Shown: positions 46,601 through 60,623, numbered from the stretch's first letter. The stretch: DNA of 64,000 nt from Actinomycetes bacterium (GCA_021801525.1 JAJYXW010000192.1:14898-78897); one strand, 5' to 3'. Notes: generated by a model not told the origin, from the sequence alone. A program made the numbers and translations.

Positions 46601-47898
46601 GCGTGCGGGTGCGCTCGGTGCTCACCTGTGAGTCGGAGCACGGGGTGTGCGCGACTTGCTACGGCCAGTCCCTCGCGACAGGCCGGATGATCGAGCTCGG
46701 CGAGGCGGTCGGAGTCATCGCAGCGCAGTCGATCGGCGAGCCGGGAACGCAGCTGACCATGCGTACCTTCCACACCGGGGGAGTCGTCGGCGAGGACATC
46801 ACCCACGGCCTGCCCCGCGTGGTGGAGCTCTTCGAGGCCCGCACCCCCAAGGGCGCGGCTGTGCTGGCGCACCGTTCCGGAGTGGTCCGTGTGGAGGAGG
46901 AGGAGACGGGCCGGCGCGTGACCGTCGTCGGCGACGACGGCACCGAGGAGTCGTCATTGGTGTCCGCAAGGGCTCACCTCGAGGTATCCGACGGCGCGGA
47001 GGTGCAGGCAGGCCAGGCGCTCGTCGAGGGCCCGAAGGACCCCAAGGAGCTCCTCGACGTGAAGGGCATCCGCGACACCCAGCAGTACCTGGTCGAGGAG
47101 GTGCAGAAGGTCTACCGCGACCAGGGCGTCTCCATCCACGACAAGCACATAGAGCTGATCGTCCGCCAGATGCTCCGCCGGGTGCTGGTCGCCGAGTCGG
47201 GCGACGCGCCCTTGCTTCCCGGCGAGCGCGTCGACTCCCAGGTGTACGCGGAGGTGAACCGTGCGCTGGTAGAGGAGGGCAAGCGGCCGGCAGAGGGCCG
47301 TCCCGAGCTCATGGGCATCACCAAGGCGTCGCTTGCCACGGACTCGTGGCTGTCGGCCGCCTCCTTCCAGGAGACCACGCGGGTTCTCACGGAGGCTGCC
47401 ATCGAGGGGCGCTCCGACCAGTTGCTGGGCCTGAAGGAGAACATCATCATCGGCAAGCTCATCCCCGCCGGCTCCGGTATGGAGCACTACAGCGACGTGG
47501 AGGTGGACATGCCCGGTGCGGTGGGCGTCATCACCCGCACCGAGGAGGTTCCGACCGACGCCGCGGGCGCGGCTCGCTGGATGCGCGGCATCGGGGACCA
47601 CGGCGACAGGGACCACGGCATCGGGGAACATGGGGGCATCGGGGAATACGGGGACGGGGCGCCCGACGGGGCGGCGAGCGGAGCGGCGGCCTTCGGCGGT
47701 TACGCCGGGGACGCTCCCGAGCTCGGAGGACTGCCGGGGGAGGACCAGGGCACCGCCGAGCCCGGTTCCGGTACCGTTGACGCTGACGCTGACGCTGACG
47801 CCGGAAACGCTGACGCCAGTGGCGCCGACGCCGGTGACGACGCTGTCGGTGACGCCGACGCCGGTGACGACGCTGCAGCGATCGAAGCCGGAGCCTGA
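43630..47898 (+). CDS. rpoC: DNA-directed RNA polymerase subunit beta' with an actinobacterial-type coiled-coil insertion, a Gly/Ser/Glu insertion and a ~140-aa acidic C-terminal tail
   Basis: Zn-finger [23 protein letters not shown]. Active site [12 protein letters not shown]. Coiled-coil insertion at about nt 44032-44365. Insertion [24 protein letters not shown] at about 45580-45710. The tail from about 47482 is rich in D/A/G. Confidence 0.97.
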   Translation: MLDVNDFDQIRIGLATADAIRTWSNGEVKKPETINYRTLRPEKDGLFCEKIFGPTKDWECYCGKYKRVRFKGIICERCGVEVTRSKVRRERMGHIELAAPVVHIWYLRGTRSWLAYLLMGTEAREELKAKQLEKVIYFAANLVTWVDEERLHEDLPTLEGELAEEVRELERQRDIAIDQRFKALEDELAELERSGAKDSELKARSRAVEREIAAMRERSDAEIDAAKRSFDELRELHPRKIIEDEMLWRELKLRYDEYFEGGMGAETLAALIERTDFDEEEQKLRDMIDAADGRRPLSVQRRQKAIKRLKIVSAFNRRDEHNRRVNDPRAMILQAVPVIPPDLRPMVQLDGGRFATSDLNDLYRRVINRNNRLKRLLDLGAPEIIINNEKRMLQEAVDALFDNGRRGRPVTGPGNRPLKSLSDMLKGKQGRFRQNLLGKRVDYSGRSVIVIGPTLQLHQCGLPKLMALELFKPFVMKSLVDAELAQNIKSAKRMVERRRPQVWDVLEDVIKEHPVLLNRAPTLHRLGIQAFEPVLVEGKAIQVHPLVCTAFNADFDGDQMAVHLPLSAEAQAEARVLMLSANNVLSPATGRPITVPTQDMVFGTYYLTLMVDGAKGEGRAFRHAFEVERALDEGDVDLHARVVLRPAPGTRLEAALAAALGVELDGASGEDGGASGEAGEDSGASEAAGREPLSIETTPGRLLFNEALPEGFRFVNDVVGKRNTSIGSIVEEIAAGYPKHVVAESLDRVKDLGFRYASKSGLTISIDDVRTPPEKAAILDRYEREAEKAEAQFRRGIITDDERRQKEIEIWTSATSEVGRAMEKSLAGMAFNPLDMMVDSGARGNAQQIRQIAGMKGLVSNPRGEMIPRPIKSSFREGLSVLEYFISTHGARKGLADTALRTADSGYLTRRLVDVAQELIVRVEDCGTTRGIWIEDIVPDQPGKRSYLETRVYGRLLAEPVVLADKSALPSGTLLDDELMARLRDDPGVDRVRVRSVLTCESEHGVCATCYGQSLATGRMIELGEAVGVIAAQSIGEPGTQLTMRTFHTGGVVGEDITHGLPRVVELFEARTPKGAAVLAHRSGVVRVEEEETGRRVTVVGDDGTEESSLVSARAHLEVSDGAEVQAGQALVEGPKDPKELLDVKGIRDTQQYLVEEVQKVYRDQGVSIHDKHIELIVRQMLRRVLVAESGDAPLLPGERVDSQVYAEVNRALVEEGKRPAEGRPELMGITKASLATDSWLSAASFQETTRVLTEAAIEGRSDQLLGLKENIIIGKLIPAGSGMEHYSDVEVDMPGAVGVITRTEEVPTDAAGAARWMRGIGDHGDRDHGIGEHGGIGEYGDGAPDGAASGAAAFGGYAGDAPELGGLPGEDQGTAEPGSGTVDADADADAGNADASGADAGDDAVGDADAGDDAAAIEAGA

Positions 47899-47952
47899 CC
47901 GATAAGGCCACCGCTCGTGCATCGCATCCTGGTGACGAGCCAGGCGCGCCGC

Positions 47953-47981
47953 TTGCCAGTAGGTGTGCTTTGGCCTATCAT
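47953..47981 (+). promoter_or_regulatory. Candidate promoter of the str operon
   Basis: TTGCCA, a 17-nt spacer, then TATCAT, about 130 nt upstream of rpsL. Confidence 0.35.
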
Positions 47982-48107
47982 TGGTTACTCGTGCCGAGCT
48001 GCTTCATGCGAGCGGCCATGCACCGGTGCCGCTCCGCCGGAGCCGGCCAGCGCAGTACCGCCGAGCATTGATCCCTACTACCGGGTCCACAGCCCACGAG
48101 GAAACGC

Positions 48108-48479
48108 GTGCCCACGATAGAGCAGCTCGTCCGCAAGGGACGGGCGTCCAAGCAGAGCAAGACGAAGACCCCGGCTCTCCGGGGCGCTCCCCAACGCCGG
48201 GGTGTATGCACGCGCGTCTTCACCAGCACTCCGAAGAAGCCCAACTCGGCGCTTCGCAAGGTGGCCAGGGTGCGCCTGACGAGCGGGGTGGAGGTGAGCG
48301 CCTACATACCCGGTGTCGGCCACAACCTCCAGGAGCACTCCATCGTCTTGGTGCGGGGCGGTAGGGTGAAGGACCTCCCCGGCGTGCGCTACAAGGTGGT
48401 CCGCGGAGCTCTGGACGCTGCCGGAGTGCGCGAGCGCAGCCAGGCTCGAAGCCGCTACGGGGCGAAGAAGGAGTCCTGA
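48108..48479 (+). CDS. rpsL: 30S ribosomal protein S12
   Basis: Conserved text: [12 protein letters not shown]...[20 protein letters not shown] start. Confidence 0.97.
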   Translation: MPTIEQLVRKGRASKQSKTKTPALRGAPQRRGVCTRVFTSTPKKPNSALRKVARVRLTSGVEVSAYIPGVGHNLQEHSIVLVRGGRVKDLPGVRYKVVRGALDAAGVRERSQARSRYGAKKES

Positions 48480-48480
48480 G

Positions 48481-48951
48481 ATGCCCCGCAACGGTCCTGC
48501 CATACGGCGCGAGCTGGCGCCCGACCCGGTCTACCACTCGGTCCTCGTGACCCAGGTGGTGAACAAGGTGCTCTCGCGCGGCAAGCGCACGCTCGCGGAG
48601 CGTGTCGTCTACGGAGCGCTCGACCGCGTTCACGACAAGGCCGGAACCGACCCGGTCTCCGTCTTGAAGAAAGCAGTGGAGAACACCCGTCCCGAGCTCG
48701 AGGTACGCAGTCGCCGGGTCGGAGGCGCCACCTACCAGGTGCCGGTCGACGTGCGCCCGAGGCGCGCCACCACGTTGTCGATACGCTGGCTCGTCAGCTA
48801 TTCCCGCCAGAGGCGCGAGAAGACCATGGCGGAGAGGCTCGCCGGCGAGCTGCTCGACGCTGCTAACGGCACCGGGGCTGCAGTGAAGCGCCGCGAGGAC
48901 CTCCACAAGATGGCAGAGTCCAACAAGGCCTTCGCCCACTACCGCTGGTAG
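48481..48951 (+). CDS. rpsG: 30S ribosomal protein S7
   Basis: Conserved text: [30 protein letters not shown]...AHYRW. Confidence 0.97.
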   Translation: MPRNGPAIRRELAPDPVYHSVLVTQVVNKVLSRGKRTLAERVVYGALDRVHDKAGTDPVSVLKKAVENTRPELEVRSRRVGGATYQVPVDVRPRRATTLSIRWLVSYSRQRREKTMAERLAGELLDAANGTGAAVKRREDLHKMAESNKAFAHYRW

Positions 48952-48963
48952 GGGGGCGTTCTC

Positions 48964-51057
<2,094 letters not shown>

Positions 51058-51065
51058 CCGTACTG

Positions 51066-51130
51066 GCAGTACCGGCAGAGCATCACAAGCAGTACCGGCA
51101 GAGCAGTACCGGCAGAGCAGTACCGGCAGG
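51066..51130. repeat. 14-nt repeat (GCAGTACCGGCAGA) x4 in the fusA-tuf spacer
   Basis: One copy at 51066-79, then three tandem copies at 51089-51130. Confidence 0.9.
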
Positions 51131-51220
51131 CGCAGCAAAGAGGCAGCACTCAAGAGACCAACACCAGGTGGCGTGACCCGAGGGGGTCTCGCCCGAGACC
51201 AGGGAGCGGTACCCACAGCC

Positions 51221-52408
<1,188 letters not shown>

Positions 52409-52471
52409 GTACTCGTCGAGTAGGCACGGACCCGCTTCCGGAAAGGCTACGGGGCCGAGGAGAGAGAGAGC

Positions 52472-52798
52472 ATGGCCGACCAGCAGCGCCAGAAGATCAG
52501 GATAAGGCTCAAGGCCTACGACCACGAGATCCTCGACCAGTCCACCGAGAAGATCGTGCAGACAGTGCTGCGCACCCAGGCCAAGGTGCAAGGCCCCGTG
52601 CCACTGCCGACGGAGAAGCACCGCTATACGGTGATCCGCTCGCCGCACAAGTACAAGGACAGCCGCGAGCACTTCGAGATGCGGGTGCACAAGCGGCTGG
52701 TCGACATCGTGGAGCACACCCCGAAGACGGTGGACTCCCTGCAGCGCCTCGACCTGCCCGCAGGTGTGGACATAGAGATAAAGATCCAGAACGTCTGA
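52472..52798 (+). CDS. rpsJ: 30S ribosomal protein S10
   Basis: Conserved text: [25 protein letters not shown]...HKRLVDI. Confidence 0.97.
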   Translation: MADQQRQKIRIRLKAYDHEILDQSTEKIVQTVLRTQAKVQGPVPLPTEKHRYTVIRSPHKYKDSREHFEMRVHKRLVDIVEHTPKTVDSLQRLDLPAGVDIEIKIQNV

Positions 52799-52820
52799 CA
52801 GGCCCGTCCCCGTCCTCCGG

Positions 52821-52843
52821 CACCGGCAGATGCCCTGCCGGTG
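52821..52843 (+). promoter_or_regulatory. Perfect 9-bp stem hairpin 23 nt after the rpsJ stop (candidate attenuator/terminator)
   Basis: CACCGGCAG-atgcc-CTGCCGGTG. No U-tract follows. Confidence 0.3.
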
Positions 52844-53010
52844 CGGCTGGCGGGGTGGGTCGTAAATGGTGTAACGTCGCAGATCGCGCCGGCTCAGCCG
52901 GGCCGGTGCAGCCCAGACCGACGTCCTCGAGCGCCTGACGGCCATGTCCGGCAGGGACCTCGGGGCACCACAGGGCATGCGCTCCGCTCGGGAACCCGGG
53001 CGGAGCGTTG

Positions 53011-53070
53011 GCTTGCCCGACGGCCCGACGGCTTGCTTGCCCGACGGCCCGACGGCCCGACGGCTGCTTG
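53011..53070. repeat. Direct repeats (TTGCCCGACGGCCCGACGGC x2, with CCCGACGGC sub-repeats) in the rpsJ-rplC spacer
   Basis: Copies at 53013-53032 and 53037-53056, plus an extra 9-mer. Confidence 0.85.
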
Positions 53071-53131
53071 CAGTATCGGGCACGCAGAGATCGCAGTTCC
53101 AAGCACGGAGAAGGGGAATCGGAGCCGAGCA

Positions 53132-53815
53132 GTGGCGACCAAGGCCATAGTGGGCGAGAAGCTGGGGATGACCCAGATATGGGACGACCAGCACCGGGCC
53201 GTCCCGGTGACGGTCCTGAAGGTCGCGCCTGCCCGCGTGGTGCAGGTGAAGACACCCTCCAAGGAGGGGTACTCGGCTCTGCAGGTCACCTGGGGAGTGC
53301 GCCGGGCTTCGGCAGTGTCCAAGCCGGACGCCGGCCACTTCGCAAAGGCTGGCGTGGAGCCTGGGCGCCGCGTGCTGGAGCTACGCCTGGACGACGTCTC
53401 GGGCTACTCGATCGGCCAGGAGATCGGCGCCGGGGTGCTGAGCCCTGGCGAGCGGGTGGACGTGGTGGCGGTGTCCAAGGGCAAGGGATTCGCCGGCGGC
53501 ATGAAGCGTCACAACTTCAAGGGTCAGGGAGCCTCGCATGGCAACCACAAGAAGCACCGCGCACCGGGCTCGGTCGGCGCTTGCGCCACGCCCGCCCGGG
53601 TGTTCAAGGGCACTCGCATGGCGGGTCGCCTCGGTGGCCACCAGGTGACCACCCTCAACCTCGAGGTGGTGGAGGCCGACCCCGAGCGCGAGCTGGTGCT
53701 CGTGCGCGGAGCGGTGCCCGGCCCCCGAGGCGGTGTGGTGGTTCTTCGTGACACGGTGAAGGGCGCAGCTTCCAGAGCTGCGGCCGGCGCCCGGGCCAAC
53801 GGGAGCGCAGGGTGA
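53132..53815 (+). CDS. rplC: 50S ribosomal protein L3
   Basis: VATKAIVGEKLGMTQIWDD..., GTG 53132 preceded by GGAGAAGGGG. The 52841-53131 part of the track ORF is Arg-rich with no L3 similarity. Confidence 0.93.
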   Translation: MATKAIVGEKLGMTQIWDDQHRAVPVTVLKVAPARVVQVKTPSKEGYSALQVTWGVRRASAVSKPDAGHFAKAGVEPGRRVLELRLDDVSGYSIGQEIGAGVLSPGERVDVVAVSKGKGFAGGMKRHNFKGQGASHGNHKKHRAPGSVGACATPARVFKGTRMAGRLGGHQVTTLNLEVVEADPERELVLVRGAVPGPRGGVVVLRDTVKGAASRAAAGARANGSAG

Positions 53816-54681
53816 GCCCGCTCGACACACTCTCCCCTCCCGCTTCCGCCACGGCACCGAGCCGGCGCGCCAAGGAGCGCCCGGAGCCGGCACGGCGCAA
53901 GGTGGAGCGCCGCCGGATCGACGGGACGCTTCTCGGAGAGGTCGACCTCGATCCGGAGATGTTCGGTATCGAGCCGAACGTGGCCGTCATGCACCAGGTG
54001 GTAACCGCGCAGCTTGCCGCTGCACGCGCAGGCACCCAGTCGACCAAGACGCGGGCAGAGGTTGCCGGCGGCGGCGCCAAGCCGTTCCGCCAGAAGGGAA
54101 CCGGCCGGGCGCGCCAGGGCTCCACTAGGGCTCCTCAGTGGACCGGTGGTGGCGTCGCCCTCGGTCCCAAGCCTCGCTCGTACCGCCAGCGGACCCCGAA
54201 GAAGATGGTGCGCCTGGCACTTCGCTCTGCTCTGTCGGACCGGGCATCGCTGTCGCGTGTGGCACTCGTCGACCGCCTCGCTTTCGAGGTTCCCCGCACC
54301 AAGGACGCGATCGCCTGCCTCGATGCGCTCGGCCTCGATGGCCGGGTGCTGGTAGTCGTGGGCCGCGACGACTGGGCTGCGGAGCGCTCGTTCGCCAACC
54401 TCGGCCACGTGCAGGTGACCCCTGCCGCCGAGCTGAACACCTACGACCTACTGCGCAACGACTGGGTTCTCTTCACCGACGAGACCCTTCCCGGCGGCGT
54501 GGGGGAGGTCGACGACGAGCCCGCTTCAGAGGACGCCGCCGAAGCCCGGGACGAGCCCGCTGGCGAGGACGCCGCCGGAGCCTGGGACGAGCCCGCCTCA
54601 GAGGATGCCGGAGCCCGCAGCGCAGGGGAGCCCGGAGATTTGGGGGCAGCCACCGAGGACGCCGGGGAGGGCGAGGAATGA
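53812..54681 (+). CDS. rplD: 50S ribosomal protein L4 with N-terminal and acidic C-terminal extensions
   Basis: Conserved text: GGGAKPFRQKGTGRARQGSTRAPQWTGGGVALGPKPRSY. GTGA overlap with rplC. The tail is DEPASEDAAEARDEPAGEDAAGAWDEPASEDA... Confidence 0.95.
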   Translation: MSPLDTLSPPASATAPSRRAKERPEPARRKVERRRIDGTLLGEVDLDPEMFGIEPNVAVMHQVVTAQLAAARAGTQSTKTRAEVAGGGAKPFRQKGTGRARQGSTRAPQWTGGGVALGPKPRSYRQRTPKKMVRLALRSALSDRASLSRVALVDRLAFEVPRTKDAIACLDALGLDGRVLVVVGRDDWAAERSFANLGHVQVTPAAELNTYDLLRNDWVLFTDETLPGGVGEVDDEPASEDAAEARDEPAGEDAAGAWDEPASEDAGARSAGEPGDLGAATEDAGEGEE

Positions 54682-54971
54682 GAGACCCCGAGCAGGTTCT
54701 CGTGCGGCCGGTCGTGTCGGAGAAGTCGTACGCCCTCATGGACCGCGGCGTGTACGTGTTCGTGGTGGACGGGGACGCCACGAAGATCGAGGTGCGCCAG
54801 TCCGTGGAAGAGGTCTTCGGAGTGAGGGTCTCCAAGGTGAACACGCTGAACCGGCGCGGCAAGCTTCGCCGCAACCGCAAGTCCAACACCTTCGGAAGGA
54901 AGCCCGATACGAAGCGGGCTCTCGTCACCCTGGTCCCCGGTGACCGCATCGACTTGTTCGAGAGAGGCTGA
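54678..54971 (+). CDS. rplW: 50S ribosomal protein L23
   Basis: [22 protein letters not shown]...KRALVTL. ATGA overlap with rplD. Confidence 0.95.
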   Translation: MRDPEQVLVRPVVSEKSYALMDRGVYVFVVDGDATKIEVRQSVEEVFGVRVSKVNTLNRRGKLRRNRKSNTFGRKPDTKRALVTLVPGDRIDLFERG

Positions 54972-54981
54972 GAGGATCACC

Positions 54982-55818
54982 ATGCCCCTTCGCACCCGCA
55001 AGCCGACGAGCCCCGGCCGCAGGTTCCAGAGCGTGTCGGACTTCTCCGAGGTCACGCGCACCAAGCCCGAGAAGACACTGCTCGCCCCGCGCTCTGCATC
55101 GGGGGGACGCAACAACGCCGGGCGCAAGACGGCTCGCCATCGCGGTGGCGGTCACAAGCGCCGCTACCGGATCGTGGACTTCAAGCGCGACAAGGACGGC
55201 GTGCCTGCCAAGGTGGCCGCCATCGAGTACGACCCGAACCGCAACGCTCGCATAGCGCTCCTCCACTATTACGACGGGGAGAAGCGCTACATTCTCGCAC
55301 CGGCTCAGGTGAAGGTGGGCGATGTGCTCCAGAGCGGGCACGGCGCCGAGATCCGCCCCGGGAATGCCATGCCGCTGCGCTACATACCCGTTGGATCGAC
55401 CATCCACAACATCGAGCTGCAGCCCGGCGCTGGCGGGAAGATCGCCCGGGGAGCGGGGATGAGCGCACAGCTCGTCGCCAAGGAGGGAGCCTTCGCGACA
55501 TTGCGCCTCCCCTCCACGGAGATGCGCAGGGTGCCGATCGACTGCCGCGGGACCCTCGGGACCGTAGGCAACTCCGAGGCCGAGCTGATCTCGGTGGGTA
55601 AGGCCGGGCGAAACCGCTGGAAGGGCGTGCGCCCGCAGACTCGCGGGGTCGCCATGAACCCGGTGGACCATCCTCTGGGCGGCGGCGAGGGCAAGTCGTC
55701 GGGGGGACGCCACCCGGTCTCCCCGTGGGGGAAGCCCGAGGGACGCACCCGGGCCCGCGACAAGAGCTCCGACAAGATGATCGTCCGCAGGCGCCGCACG
55801 CGAGGTGCGCGTCGGTGA
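54982..55818 (+). CDS. rplB: 50S ribosomal protein L2
   Basis: [17 protein letters not shown]...[24 protein letters not shown] 54982. Confidence 0.97.
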   Translation: MPLRTRKPTSPGRRFQSVSDFSEVTRTKPEKTLLAPRSASGGRNNAGRKTARHRGGGHKRRYRIVDFKRDKDGVPAKVAAIEYDPNRNARIALLHYYDGEKRYILAPAQVKVGDVLQSGHGAEIRPGNAMPLRYIPVGSTIHNIELQPGAGGKIARGAGMSAQLVAKEGAFATLRLPSTEMRRVPIDCRGTLGTVGNSEAELISVGKAGRNRWKGVRPQTRGVAMNPVDHPLGGGEGKSSGGRHPVSPWGKPEGRTRARDKSSDKMIVRRRRTRGARR

Positions 55819-55839
55819 TGCGCCGGGGAGGTCCAATCC

Positions 55840-56118
55840 ATGCCGCGTAGTCTGAAGAAGGGCCCCTTCGTCGACGACCACCTGCTGGCCAAGGTCGACG
55901 CGATGAACGCCTCGGGCGAAAAGAGGGTCATCAAGACCTGGTCGCGACGCTCGACGATCATCCCCGACATGGTCGGGCACACGATGGCGGTCCATGATGG
56001 CCGCAAGCACGTCCCGGTCTACGTGACCGAGTCGATGGTCGGCCACAAGCTGGGCGAGTTCGCTCCCACCCGCACCTTCCGGTACCACGCCGGCCAAGAG
56101 CGCCAGGCCAAGCGCTGA
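55840..56118 (+). CDS. rpsS: 30S ribosomal protein S19
   Basis: Conserved text: [16 protein letters not shown]...[13 protein letters not shown]. Confidence 0.97.
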   Translation: MPRSLKKGPFVDDHLLAKVDAMNASGEKRVIKTWSRRSTIIPDMVGHTMAVHDGRKHVPVYVTESMVGHKLGEFAPTRTFRYHAGQERQAKR

Positions 56119-56888
56119 TGCCCGGGCTGAAAACCAACGAGATGCCCGGCACGAGGGCGGTGCTCCGTCACTACCGCATGTCGGCCACGAAGGCCCGCCA
56201 GGTCCTCGACCTGATCAGGGGGCAGGACGTCGACCGTGCCGAGGAGATCCTCCGGGCGACTCCGCGCGAGGCTGCCCGGGTCGTGTCCAAGCTTCTCGCC
56301 TCGGCGGTCGCAAACGCTCGCAACAATGACGGCCTCGACCCGGAAGAGCTCTACGTGTCCGCCTGCTTCGCGGACGAGGGGAACACCCTCAAGCGCTGGC
56401 GCCCTCGCGCGAGGGGGCGGGCGACGCGTATCCGTAAGCGGACCTGCCATATCACTGTGATCGTGAGCCGCATGCCGGACGAGCGCCTGGACCGGCACCG
56501 CCGGAGGCAGGCGGCGACGGCGGGAGCATCGCGATCGCGCAGGGTGGCCGCCTCTCGGCGATCCCCTGCACCTGGTGTCGTGGAGGCCCCGGTGGCCGGG
56601 GCGCCAGACGTATCAGCAGGCGAGGACGTATCAGCAGGCGAGGACGCATCAGCAGGCGAGGACGCATCAGCTGGCGATGACGTATCGGGGGGCGACGAGG
56701 AGCAAGCCGCCGAGGCCGTCGAGGCCGCCGAGGCTGATGCTGTTGCCGGCGACGAGACTGGCTCGGAGGATCCAGCCGGCGCGAGCGAGGATCCAGCCGG
56801 CGCGAGCGAGGAGCCAGCCGGCTCGGGTGAAGATCCGGACGGCGCTAGCGAGGAGCCGGCCAGCACGGCCGGCGAGGAAGGCGACTGA
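56118..56888 (+). CDS. rplV: 50S ribosomal protein L22 with a ~135-aa basic-then-acidic repeat tail
   Basis: The L22 core is [19 protein letters not shown]...[20 protein letters not shown]. The tail has 18-nt x5 (56607-56696) and 21-nt x5 (56766-56870) degenerate repeats encoding DVSAGE and EDPAGAS. Confidence 0.93.
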   Translation: MPGLKTNEMPGTRAVLRHYRMSATKARQVLDLIRGQDVDRAEEILRATPREAARVVSKLLASAVANARNNDGLDPEELYVSACFADEGNTLKRWRPRARGRATRIRKRTCHITVIVSRMPDERLDRHRRRQAATAGASRSRRVAASRRSPAPGVVEAPVAGAPDVSAGEDVSAGEDASAGEDASAGDDVSGGDEEQAAEAVEAAEADAVAGDETGSEDPAGASEDPAGASEEPAGSGEDPDGASEEPASTAGEEGD

Positions 56889-56891
56889 GCG

Positions 56892-57944
56892 ATGGGCCAG
56901 AAGGTCAACCCCTACGGGTTCCGTCTCGGAGTGACGACGGACTGGAAGTCACGGTGGTTCGAGGAGCGCAGCTACAAGGACTTCGTGGTCGAGGACTGGA
57001 AGATACGCGATTACCTCCTTGGCCAGCTCGAGAGCGCCGCTGTCAGCCGCGTGGAGATCGAGCGCACGCGCGATCGGATGCGGATCGACATACACACGGC
57101 ACGCCCGGGCATCGTGATCGGGAGGAGGGGAGCCGAGGCCGATCGCCTGAAGAAGGCGATCGAGGAGATAACAGGCCTTCGCAACCGCATCCAGCTCAAC
57201 ATCCAGGAGATAAAGCAGCCCGAGCTCGACGCGGCGTTGATGGCTCAGAGCATTGCCGACCAGCTGGTGAGGCGCGTTGCGTTCCGCCGCGCGATGAAGC
57301 GAGCTCTGCAGACGGTGCAGAAGGCAGGCGCCCAGGGAGTGAGGGTCCAGTGCTCGGGCCGTCTGGGGGGCTCGGAGATGGCCAGGCGCGAGTCCTACCG
57401 CGAGGGCCGCGTGCCCCTGCACACTCTGCGGGCCGACATCGACTACGGGTTCCGCGAGGCCAGGACCACCTTCGGCCGGATCGGTGTGAAGGTCTGGATA
57501 TACAAGGGCGACATCCTTCCCTACAAGCTCTCCTCCGAGGACAAGATAACCCGTGAGGCGGCGATGGCTGCCGGTGAGACTTCAGGTCAGGCTGGTCCGC
57601 GCCGTCTCATCACTGCCGGCGGCGGGCGGCGCCGGGCCGAGCAGGGTGACCCTGGGAGCCTCGACCTGGCCGGGGCTGCCGTTGCCCCCGAGGAGGCGGC
57701 CGACCTGTCCGAGGTCCGCGCCGGCGAAGGCGACGCGTCGCCCGAGGCGGTTGGGGAGGGACTAGCAGGCGAGGACGCGATCGGTGCTGGATTTGCAGGC
57801 GGCGCTGCGGGCGAGGGAGCCGGAGCTTCGGCTACCGACGACTCCTCGGACATCGACAGGCTCCTTGCCGAAGAAGAGGAGATCGAGCGCAGGATCCACA
57901 GCGAGCATCACGAGGCTCCGCACTTCCGCAAGGAGGCCGACTGA
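56892..57944 (+). CDS. rpsC: 30S ribosomal protein S3 with a ~135-aa acidic C-terminal extension
   Basis: [23 protein letters not shown]... Extension from about 57540. Confidence 0.95.
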   Translation: MGQKVNPYGFRLGVTTDWKSRWFEERSYKDFVVEDWKIRDYLLGQLESAAVSRVEIERTRDRMRIDIHTARPGIVIGRRGAEADRLKKAIEEITGLRNRIQLNIQEIKQPELDAALMAQSIADQLVRRVAFRRAMKRALQTVQKAGAQGVRVQCSGRLGGSEMARRESYREGRVPLHTLRADIDYGFREARTTFGRIGVKVWIYKGDILPYKLSSEDKITREAAMAAGETSGQAGPRRLITAGGGRRRAEQGDPGSLDLAGAAVAPEEAADLSEVRAGEGDASPEAVGEGLAGEDAIGAGFAGGAAGEGAGASATDDSSDIDRLLAEEEEIERRIHSEHHEAPHFRKEAD

Positions 57945-57945
57945 C

Positions 57946-58383
57946 ATGCTCATGCCCCGTAAGGTCAAGCACCGCAAGCAGCAGCGCGGCCGCCTGACCG
58001 GTAGTGCCAAAGGTGGCACTACCGTCAACTTCGGCGACTTCGGCATACAAGCGCTCGAGCCAGGGTGGCTCACCGCCCGCCAGATAGAGGCGGCTCGTAT
58101 TGCCATGACCCGCCACGTCCGGCGCGGCGGGAAGGTTTGGATCCGCGTATTTCCCGACCGCCCCGTCACCCAGAAGCCGGCGGAGACGCGCATGGGGTCT
58201 GGGAAGGGGAATCCGGAGCACTGGGTAGCGGTGGTCCGTCCCGGGCGCGTGCTCTTCGAGCTCGCCGGGGTGGACATGGAGCTCGGACGGGCAGCCATGG
58301 AAAGGGCTATCCAGAAGCTCCCGTTCAAGGCTCGCTTCGTGGTGCGTCCCGGCACGCACGGCGTGCCCGAGGTGGAGGTGTAG
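57946..58383 (+). CDS. rplP: 50S ribosomal protein L16
   Basis: [19 protein letters not shown]... ATG 57946, 1 nt after the rpsC stop. Confidence 0.95.
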   Translation: MLMPRKVKHRKQQRGRLTGSAKGGTTVNFGDFGIQALEPGWLTARQIEAARIAMTRHVRRGGKVWIRVFPDRPVTQKPAETRMGSGKGNPEHWVAVVRPGRVLFELAGVDMELGRAAMERAIQKLPFKARFVVRPGTHGVPEVEV

Positions 58384-58390
58384 CGAAGCG

Positions 58391-58864
58391 ATGCCCAATG
58401 CCTTGGAACTGACCGAGTTGGACGATGAAGAGCTGGACACCCGTTTGGCGGAGTACCGCCGCGAGCTTCTGAACCTGCGCTTCCGGCTTGCCACGGGCCA
58501 GCTCGACAACGTGGCCCGGCTCGCGCAGGTGCGAAAGGACGTGGCGCGCGTGCTCACGGTCATGCGCCGGCGCGAGATCGACGCCGCGTTCTCCGAGGGC
58601 GGGGAGGTGCCGCCCGCCCATGCCCGGCACCACCGGGTCGTACTTCCTGCCATGACGTCGCTCGGGCTTCCCGACGAGGATGGCGAGGCCTCGGAGGGTG
58701 CAGATGCCGGCGCCGAGGCAGAGTACGCCGATGCCGGCGATGATGCAGAAACCGGCGAGTACGCCGATGATGCCGAGGCTGGCGAGTACGCCGAGGACGC
58801 AGATGCCGGCGCGGATGCCGAGGATGCCGATGACGCAGATGCCGGCGAGGAGGAGCACCAGTGA
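58391..58864 (+). CDS. rpmC: 50S ribosomal protein L29 with a ~90-aa acidic C-terminal extension
   Basis: The L29 core is [27 protein letters not shown]. The tail is ...[47 protein letters not shown]. Confidence 0.9.
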   Translation: MPNALELTELDDEELDTRLAEYRRELLNLRFRLATGQLDNVARLAQVRKDVARVLTVMRRREIDAAFSEGGEVPPAHARHHRVVLPAMTSLGLPDEDGEASEGADAGAEAEYADAGDDAETGEYADDAEAGEYAEDADAGADAEDADDADAGEEEHQ

Positions 58865-59142
58865 CGCCTGAGACAAGTGACGGACCTTCCGCGGGGAGGG
58901 CCGCGCGCAAGGTGCGTGAAGGAGTGGTCGTGTCGGACCGCATGCAGTCGACCGTGGTAGTGGCCGTGATCGAGCGCGTCCGCCATCCCCGCTACGGCAA
59001 GACCGTCCAGCGCACCACCAAGCTCTATGCCCACGACGAGCACGAGGCTCGTCTCGGCGATCGGGTCAGGCTGATGGAGACCCGACCGGTATCCAAGCTG
59101 AAGCGCTGGCGGGTAATGGAGATCCTGGAGCGTGCCCGATGA
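58861..59142 (+). CDS. rpsQ: 30S ribosomal protein S17
   Basis: Conserved text: [35 protein letters not shown] overlap with rpmC. Confidence 0.95.
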   Translation: MTPETSDGPSAGRAARKVREGVVVSDRMQSTVVVAVIERVRHPRYGKTVQRTTKLYAHDEHEARLGDRVRLMETRPVSKLKRWRVMEILERAR

Positions 59143-59507
59143 TCCAGCAAGAGTCACGCCTCAAGGTAGCGGACAACTCTGGAGCGCGCGAGGTGCTCTG
59201 CATAAAGGTTCTCGGCGGATCTCGCAGGCGCTATGCGAGCATCGGCGACGTGTTTGTCGCCACCGTGAAGGACGCCATCCCGGGAGCGTCGGTGAAGAAG
59301 GGCGAGGTGGTCAAGTGCGTGGTCGTGCGCACCCTGAAGGAGCGCAGGCGGCCCGATGGCAGCTACATCCGCTTCGACGACAATGCCGCCGTTCTCATCA
59401 ACGACCAGTCCCAGCCGAGGGGCACCCGAATATTCGGGCCCGTCGGGAGGGAGCTTCGCGAGAAGCGTTTCATGCGGATAGTGTCCCTAGCCCCCGAGGT
59501 TCTGTGA
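59139..59507 (+). CDS. rplN: 50S ribosomal protein L14
   Basis: [28 protein letters not shown]... Confidence 0.97.
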   Translation: MIQQESRLKVADNSGAREVLCIKVLGGSRRRYASIGDVFVATVKDAIPGASVKKGEVVKCVVVRTLKERRRPDGSYIRFDDNAAVLINDQSQPRGTRIFGPVGRELREKRFMRIVSLAPEVL

Positions 59508-59812
59508 TGCGCATACGCAAGGGAGACAAGGTCCAAGTGCTCACCGGCAAGCACCGTGGGCGCCAGGGCGAGGTGATGAGAGCCTTCCCGGGCAGCTCCA
59601 CGGTGGTGGTCGACGGGGTGAACATGGCGAAGCGCCATTCCAAGCCCCGAGGCGCCACCATGCAGGGGGGCATCATCGACAAGGACATGCCGCTTCCGGT
59701 CTCGGCCGTGGCGATCGTCTGCTCCGCCTGCGGACCCACCAGGATCGGGGTGCGTTTCGACGAGCAGGGACGCAAGCTGCGGATCTGCCGCAAATGCGGG
59801 GGTGACCTGTGA
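59507..59812 (+). CDS. rplX: 50S ribosomal protein L24, Cys4 (CxxC...CxxC) variant
   Basis: [23 protein letters not shown]...[30 protein letters not shown]. Shares 1 nt with rplN. Confidence 0.93.
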   Translation: MRIRKGDKVQVLTGKHRGRQGEVMRAFPGSSTVVVDGVNMAKRHSKPRGATMQGGIIDKDMPLPVSAVAIVCSACGPTRIGVRFDEQGRKLRICRKCGGDL

Positions 59813-60420
59813 GCCCCGCCCCGGTGATAGAGCGTCCGGGTGTCACGAGGGCACAGCCGCGCCTGAAGGAGCGCTACGACTCGACGCTGCGCGCCGAGCT
59901 CCAGGAGAGGCTGGGCCTGCCGAACGTCATGCAGGTACCGCGCCTAGAGAAGATCGTGGTGAACATGGGCGTGGGAAAGGCCACCCAGCAGCCCTCGCTC
60001 ATCGAGGGCGCCGTGCGCGACCTGGAGGTCATAACCGGGCAGAAGCCCCTCGTCACGCGTGCGAGACGTTCCATAGCGGGCTTCAAGCTCCGCGAGGGAA
60101 TGACGATCGGGGCGAAGGTGACGCTTCGCGGAGCGCGAGCCTGGGAGCTCCTCGACAGGCTCATCTCGGTAGCCATACCGAGGGTGCGTGACTTCCGGGG
60201 CCTTTCCCCGCGCTCGTTCGACGGGCACGGCAACTACACCTTCGGCATCACCGAGCAGCTGATCTTCCCCGAGATCGACTACGACCGCATCGACACCACC
60301 AGGGGCATGGACATCACTATCTGCACTACGGCGCGGACTGACGAGGAAGGGCGGGCGTTCCTGCTGGCCTTCGGGTTCCCGTTCCGCCAGGACGCGCAGT
60401 CCAAACAGGAGGCTGGGTAG
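59809..60420 (+). CDS. rplE: 50S ribosomal protein L5
   Basis: Conserved text: [44 protein letters not shown] overlap with rplX. Confidence 0.95.
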   Translation: MSPAPVIERPGVTRAQPRLKERYDSTLRAELQERLGLPNVMQVPRLEKIVVNMGVGKATQQPSLIEGAVRDLEVITGQKPLVTRARRSIAGFKLREGMTIGAKVTLRGARAWELLDRLISVAIPRVRDFRGLSPRSFDGHGNYTFGITEQLIFPEIDYDRIDTTRGMDITICTTARTDEEGRAFLLAFGFPFRQDAQSKQEAG

Positions 60421-60424
60421 GAGC

Positions 60425-60610
60425 ATGGCGAAGAAGGCGCTTATCGAGAAGAGCCGGCGAGTTCCGAAGTTCAAGGTGCGCGGCTACACGCGCTGCCTGC
60501 GTTGCGGCAGGCCCAAGGCGGTGTACCGGAAGTTCGGCCTTTGCAGGATCTGCCTCAGGGTGATGGTCCACGCGGGCGAGATCCCCGGCGTCACCAAGGC
60601 GAGCTGGTGA
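60425..60610 (+). CDS. rpsN: 30S ribosomal protein S14, type Z (zinc-binding short form)
   Basis: 61 aa, with [20 protein letters not shown]. Confidence 0.95.
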   Translation: MAKKALIEKSRRVPKFKVRGYTRCLRCGRPKAVYRKFGLCRICLRVMVHAGEIPGVTKASW

Positions 60611-60623
60611 GGAGGGTGGCCAT

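Noticed and set aside
52841-53131. 97-codon N-terminal extension of rplC in the track ORF
   Set aside because: It is Arg/Pro/Gly-rich, has no L3 similarity and runs across tandem repeats. GTG 53132 with a strong ribosome-binding site gives a normal L3 N-terminus (ATKAIVGEKLGMTQIW).
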